Virus record (IMG/VR): IMGVR_UViG_3300014205_000210
Location: 56,162-76,161 of that record
Direction: 5' to 3' (one strand)
DNA length: 20,000 nucleotides
DNA from: an uncultured virus (IMG/VR IMGVR_UViG_3300014205_000210)
Lineage: Duplodnaviria > Heunggongvirae > Uroviricota > Caudoviricetes
Part shown: one piece after another, positions 16,016 through 20,000 of the stretch
How positions within the stretch are numbered: position 1 is the stretch's first letter
Layout: each line of letters starts with the position of its first letter
Notes under the pieces: model-generated
The model's database searches: none
What the model was told of the DNA's origin: nothing
Seen by the model: only the letters and a program-made list of their open reading frames with translations
Position numbers and translations under genes: made by a program

Positions 16016-17076
16016 TAGTTCATCCGAATAACAACAACATCTGGTATTGCTTTCCATTCATCAAGAATAGCAGTACGTAATTCATTTGCTCTTGCACGTA
16101 AAGCATCAGCATTAATGTTAACTTCAGAAGCATTTTCTAACATAGAAGAAGCATCAGCAAGATGATCAAGAATTCCGGCTTGACATAGTTGTATAACATC
16201 CCATTTATATTCAAAACTTACTTTAGAAAAATCATTTGAAGCAGATGCCCATACAACATTAACTCTGCCGGGTATTGAACTATAAGCATATAAAATTCTA
16301 TTTGCTTGATCAACACGAAGTGCAATAGTTCCCATATTTGTAAGCGTAGCAATTTCAGCTCGTTTTTGAATAGTCATTTGCCGTAGCGCATTTGGGTTAA
16401 ATCCCCTCACACCATACATTCCTGAATGACGTGTATTTAATCCCAAAGCATTATAGGCAACTAAATCCCAAAATGAAGTTCCAGTAGCTGTCATTTTATC
16501 TTTGCCAACTAATCGAGCATTAACTACTCCGTATGTTCCTATATTTGGAAAAGGAATTGGAGTCTCTGAATTAAGGCTTACTTGATATTCATTTATAGTT
16601 TTAATTGGAAATTTTCGAAAGTATCTATCAAGTTCAGGTTTTAAAATTAAAGATTTGATTTGTTCATCTGTTAAAAGTAAATCATCTGCTATAGGGTATG
16701 CAATAACTTTTTTAATTTGTTGTAAATCAGAAGTAGTTATTTGAGCATCAGTACCACTTAGTTCATCTTCAACATTAAAAGAATTTATATATGAGCGCTC
16801 TATTGCTCCAACAACAGGAGTAAGAAATATTTTATCATAGTAAATACCCCCAGTAGCGATAATGGCTGCTGTGTATTGATATTTACCTAGAGCAATTCGT
16901 GTTATTGTTCCAGCTCCTATTGTTTCGATTATATTTGCATCATCTAACGCATCATCATATGTAGCATGTATAGTGACTTTGCTTACAACATAAGCGTCGA
17001 AGTTAGCTCCATTTCTTAAAAACTGAAACTCAAGAGTAGTAGTTTCAGTATTTATTGCTGTGTATCTATCACCCAT
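16015..17076 (-). CDS. Neck / head-tail adaptor (T4 gp13-like) with extra N-terminal beta-sandwich domain
   Basis: From about residue 115, LQQIKKVIAYPIADDLLLTDEQIKSLI...LDRYFR and C-terminal INADALRARANELRTAILDEW resemble gp13 (i...LG.P...velt.eQi...i...l..y; l.g..l..ea.....l..e). Confidence 0.6.
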   Translation of the reverse strand: MGDRYTAINTETTTLEFQFLRNGANFDAYVVSKVTIHATYDDALDDANIIETIGAGTITRIALGKYQYTAAIIATGGIYYDKIFLTPVVGAIERSYINSFNVEDELSGTDAQITTSDLQQIKKVIAYPIADDLLLTDEQIKSLILKPELDRYFRKFPIKTINEYQVSLNSETPIPFPNIGTYGVVNARLVGKDKMTATGTSFWDLVAYNALGLNTRHSGMYGVRGFNPNALRQMTIQKRAEIATLTNMGTIALRVDQANRILYAYSSIPGRVNVVWASASNDFSKVSFEYKWDVIQLCQAGILDHLADASSMLENASEVNINADALRARANELRTAILDEWKAIPDVVVIRMN

Positions 17077-17078
17077 TG

Positions 17079-19379
17079 CTATTCACCATGCCCTGAGTAA
17101 TCATTTAAGTTAGGAATTAAATCTGTATTTATTTTTATAGAAGATAAAGTCCCACTTAACGATGAAGTACTTTCAGCTGTAGCTCTACTTGTGATTGCTG
17201 CATCTATTCTATCACCAAGTATTTTACCTGCAGTTCCAACTCCGTATACTCCAGGTAATTGAGTACCCCAAGGATCTCCAGAAGAACCAGCTGAATTTAA
17301 GGCTGACCCAACTGTACCAGCTCCTAAATGGTTTAGAATAAGTTCATTCCATACTGCATTAGCAACTTCAGACACTGTAAAATTTAAACTTCCAGAAGTT
17401 AATGTTCTTGAAACATAAGCCCAAACATCAGCTGCTGTAATTGAAGCTGACCCAGAAGTTAATGTTCTATTTGCTGCTGCCCAAATTGCATTTGCAATTT
17501 CTGTTGTATTTAAAGATCCAGAAGTTAAGGTTCTAGATGCTGCACTCCATATTTCATTTACGGTTGGGGCGGTACTTGCTGAACCTGAAGTAAGCGTTCG
17601 TGTAGGAGCTGTCCAAATATCATTAGCTGTTAAAGTAGCAGAACCAGAAGTTAAGGTTCTAGATGCTGCACTCCATATTTCATTTACTGTTGGAGCTGTA
17701 CTAGCAGACCCTGATGTTAATGTTCTAGTTGGAGAGTTCCAAATATCTGCAGCGGTTAATATTGCAGACCCAGAAGTTAATGTTCTATTTATTGCTGTCC
17801 AAACAGTATTAGAAATATCATTTGCTGAAGGTATAGTACCAGAGAGTGAGTACCCAGTTTTATCATTATTCGTTGTTACTGTTACTCCACCAGTAAGAGA
17901 ATATCCTGTTTTATCATTATTTGTGCTAACCACTACAGTAGAGCCCGAAGCCATCCTGCTTGTTATAGTAGCATTTAAGTTTGCAAGTTTTGTGCTATTG
18001 TTATCCATCTCAGTTCGAATATCAACAGCAGTTAATGAACTTGCAGATCCAGAAGTTAATGTTCTACTTGGAGCAGTCCATATATCATTTACTGTTAAAG
18101 TGGCAGAACCAGAAGTTAACGTTCTACTCGGAGCAGCCCAGATTTCATCAACTGTTGGGGGAACACCTGCTGACCCAGCATCGATTAAACGTTTACCTGC
18201 TGATCCTGAAGTAATATGAAGAGAAGTTTGCTCATTCCATACAGCGTTTACTATCTCAGCTGTATTAACTGAAAGTGTTCCTGAAGTAAGTGTTCTTACT
18301 GGTGATGTCCAAATATCATTAGCAGTTAATGAACTTGCTGAACCCGAAGTAAGAGTTCTACTTGGAGAAGTCCAAATTTGAGCTGCTGTAAGAGTAGCTG
18401 ATCCCGAGGTAAGCGTTCTAGTTGTAGCATCCCAAATTTGAGAAGTCGTAGGAGGAGCTACAGATAGCGCATACCCCGTTTTATCATTATTTGTGCTAAC
18501 TACTACTGCTGAACCAGAAGCCATCCTACTAGAGATAGTTGCATTTAAGTTTGCAAGTTTTGTACTATTGTTATCCATTTCTGTTCGAACATCTATTGCG
18601 GTTAATGTAGCAGACCCTGATGTTAATGTTCTAGTTGGGGAATTCCAAATTTCATTAGCAGTTAATGATGCAGACCCAGAAGTAAGGGTTCTTGAAGGCG
18701 CAGTCCATATATCATTAACAGTTGGTGAATTAGTAGTTATACTATCACTAAGTTTTTTACCCATAGACCCTGAAGTAGTATGAGAAGAAGTTAGTTCATT
18801 CCATACACCATTTACTATTTCAGAAGTATTAACTGATAAAGTTCCTGATGTTAATGTTCTAGAAGCTGCTGTCCATATTGCAGAACTTACTGTGCTAACT
18901 CCAAGAGCTCCAGATACAGAATCAACAAGTTTTACCTCTTCAACTTTATGTGTTGATGGGTCATAACCGAAGTCAGCAAAATCTTTTAAATCTAAAATTG
19001 ATTGAAGGTCTGAATTAATTTGAGTTATGTTTGAGCGTACTGACCCTGAAGTGCTAGTCATTAATGCATTATATGCGTTTAAATCTACAACTACAAAAAT
19101 TTTATGAACAACGAGTGATCCTGATTTATGAATATAAGCTTCTAATGGCCCATATATATTTGTGTCTATATTATCAAATGTGCAGTAATATACTCCAGTA
19201 GACATATGTGAAGCCCCGCCTGAATTTTTATTTACAAGAGTAGTAGCTCCATTTTTCCAAAGTTTTATATCAGTGTTTGCTATTGTTAATGCCGTTTGTT
19301 CTGCATCACCAGTAGTATTATCAACAAAATATCCTAATGGCACAGTTTGATTTGCAGTATTATATTTTAAGGGAAACAC
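17079..19379 (-). CDS. Ser/Thr-rich repeat virion protein (putative collar/whisker or head fibre)
   Basis: 766 aa with 15 W-x4-RTLTSG repeats, 3 VWNE units, 3 TNNDKTGY and 2 RTEMDNNSTKLANLNATI units. Own late motif and GAGG RBS; stop 2 nt before the neck gene. Confidence 0.65.
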   Translation of the reverse strand: MFPLKYNTANQTVPLGYFVDNTTGDAEQTALTIANTDIKLWKNGATTLVNKNSGGASHMSTGVYYCTFDNIDTNIYGPLEAYIHKSGSLVVHKIFVVVDLNAYNALMTSTSGSVRSNITQINSDLQSILDLKDFADFGYDPSTHKVEEVKLVDSVSGALGVSTVSSAIWTAASRTLTSGTLSVNTSEIVNGVWNELTSSHTTSGSMGKKLSDSITTNSPTVNDIWTAPSRTLTSGSASLTANEIWNSPTRTLTSGSATLTAIDVRTEMDNNSTKLANLNATISSRMASGSAVVVSTNNDKTGYALSVAPPTTSQIWDATTRTLTSGSATLTAAQIWTSPSRTLTSGSASSLTANDIWTSPVRTLTSGTLSVNTAEIVNAVWNEQTSLHITSGSAGKRLIDAGSAGVPPTVDEIWAAPSRTLTSGSATLTVNDIWTAPSRTLTSGSASSLTAVDIRTEMDNNSTKLANLNATITSRMASGSTVVVSTNNDKTGYSLTGGVTVTTNNDKTGYSLSGTIPSANDISNTVWTAINRTLTSGSAILTAADIWNSPTRTLTSGSASTAPTVNEIWSAASRTLTSGSATLTANDIWTAPTRTLTSGSASTAPTVNEIWSAASRTLTSGSLNTTEIANAIWAAANRTLTSGSASITAADVWAYVSRTLTSGSLNFTVSEVANAVWNELILNHLGAGTVGSALNSAGSSGDPWGTQLPGVYGVGTAGKILGDRIDAAITSRATAESTSSLSGTLSSIKINTDLIPNLNDYSGHGE
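17390..18885 (-). repeat. Intragenic coding repeat array (units of about 60-66 nt, nested 126-nt and 570-nt duplications)
   Basis: 44-nt exact repeat at 17518-17561 and 17644-17687; diverged block near 17908-18037 repeated near 18478-18607 (offset 570). Confidence 0.9.
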
Positions 19380-19407
19380 TTACTTTTTGCCTCTATTTTA
19401 ACTTTAA

Positions 19408-19416
19408 TTATTAGTA
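19408..19416 (-). promoter_or_regulatory. TACTAATAA putative late promoter, upstream of repeat protein/neck operon
   Basis: Perfect 9-mer, 28 nt upstream of the GTG at 19379. Confidence 0.7.
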
Positions 19417-19438
19417 TATTTTTTCTTATTTTTATAGT

Positions 19439-19999
19439 TTAATATCTATCTTCAATTATAATTGCAAATCCAGATACTTCAAGCTGATCGCCCCCGCCGC
19501 CGCCCGTGGTGTACTCGTCGGCCCCTACATCCCACGCGCCGTCCGGTCTGGCGTCGTCTTCGAAATCTGTGCTAAATGGATAGGTGGCGTCTGCGTGCAA
19601 ATCGGTTCCTGCTCCGACAAGGGCAGATGTGCCATCTATGTGTATGTTTTCTGATCCAGCAGTTGAATTGGTAAAACGACAGTTGGCTATTGAGGTCTGC
19701 GTGTTTCCTGTACCATCAGAACTATGGCAGGTTGTTGTTGTTATCGTTCCCTGGTAGTCGGCGGATGAATTACCTCCACTATATACATTTTTAGCGTATA
19801 CCGTCCCGCCTTGATATATCCCCCATTGACCATTAAGGGATGTGCAGTTGTAAATATATCCAGTGCCGTTTTCAATTATGATATTGGCCCTTGAGTTATA
19901 TACAATCGTATTAACAATCGTGTATGTAACGCTGGACGTATTACAATATATTCCCAGACCGGTTCCATTGTCAGCACAGTCGTATACAAGACAGGAATC
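19439..19999 (-). CDS. C-terminal part of a right-handed parallel beta-helix protein (5'-truncated; absent from ORF track)
   Basis: Manual translation, open from the window edge: DSCLVYDCADNGTGLGIYCNTSS...VNTIVYNS...IYNCTSLNGQWGIYQ...ENIHIDGTSALVGAGTDL...TDFEDDARPDGAWDVGADEYTTGGGGGDQLEVSGFAIIIEDRY*. Beta-helix rungs plus the D..R...WD[IV]GAxE cap (choice-of-anchor-Q-like). Confidence 0.8.
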   Translation of the reverse strand, partial: DSCLVYDCADNGTGLGIYCNTSSVTYTIVNTIVYNSRANIIIENGTGYIYNCTSLNGQWGIYQGGTVYAKNVYSGGNSSADYQGTITTTTCHSSDGTGNTQTSIANCRFTNSTAGSENIHIDGTSALVGAGTDLHADATYPFSTDFEDDARPDGAWDVGADEYTTGGGGGDQLEVSGFAIIIEDRY

Positions 20000-20000
20000 G

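Noticed and set aside
15714..16057. ORF-track starts at 16057 (MESNTRCCC...) and 15728 (MDINK...)
   Set aside because: Both overlap the upstream gene. The downstream ATGs at 16015 and 15713 abut the upstream stops and give identical leaders.
17923..18783. + strand ORFs 17923-18219, 17981-18214 and 18493-18783, two of them mutually similar
   Set aside because: Antisense shadows of the repeat gene; their similarity just reflects the 570-nt duplication.
17390..18885. CRISPR array or DGR template/variable repeat
   Set aside because: Repeats are in-frame coding units differing largely at synonymous positions, with no unique spacers, no adenine-specific mismatch pattern and no reverse transcriptase or cas gene in the window.
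19485..19560. GC-rich patch as tRNA, ncRNA or mobile-element end
   Set aside because: No cloverleaf or terminal inverted repeat is evident; it is explained as codons for ARPDGAWDVGADEYTTGGGGG on the minus strand.
1..20000. Stop-codon reassignment (TAG read as sense)
   Set aside because: Genes are full length and densely packed under code 11, and TAG ends several genes at sensible boundaries (1583-1585, 3059, 7427, 17079). The only in-frame case (1903-1905) doubles as an RBS.

Overview
AT-rich bacteriophage DNA from a myovirus with a T4-type contractile-tail module. The + strand left end has the C-terminal part of a metallophosphoesterase (gp47/Mre11-like) gene and a DnaG-type primase. Almost everything else is a minus-strand late region. 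In transcription order: a GC-rich beta-helix protein (truncated, missed by the ORF track), a 766-aa W-x4-RTLTSG repeat protein, a gp13-like neck protein, three small genes including a Nudix hydrolase, sheath, tube, tube paralog, gp26-like chaperone with an overlapping +1 ORF, tape measure, baseplate genes (gp53/gp5/gp25/gp6/gp7-like), a tail fibre and a STAS anti-sigma-antagonist-like gene. Highlights: (1) three unrelated small proteins share an N-terminal leader MKRY-x2-(I/L)-x-E resembling a T4 capsid-targeting/prohead-protease signal, suggesting a cassette of packaged, injected effectors; (2) a perfect 9-mer TACTAATAA occurs nine times at gene boundaries, oriented with the downstream gene, and is a likely phage late promoter; (3) a candidate +1/-2 frameshift in the tail chaperone; (4) a foreign-looking beta-helix module joined at a poly-Gly linker; (5) Ser-Gly enrichment in virion proteins. 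All family calls come from motif recognition and synteny, not database searches.
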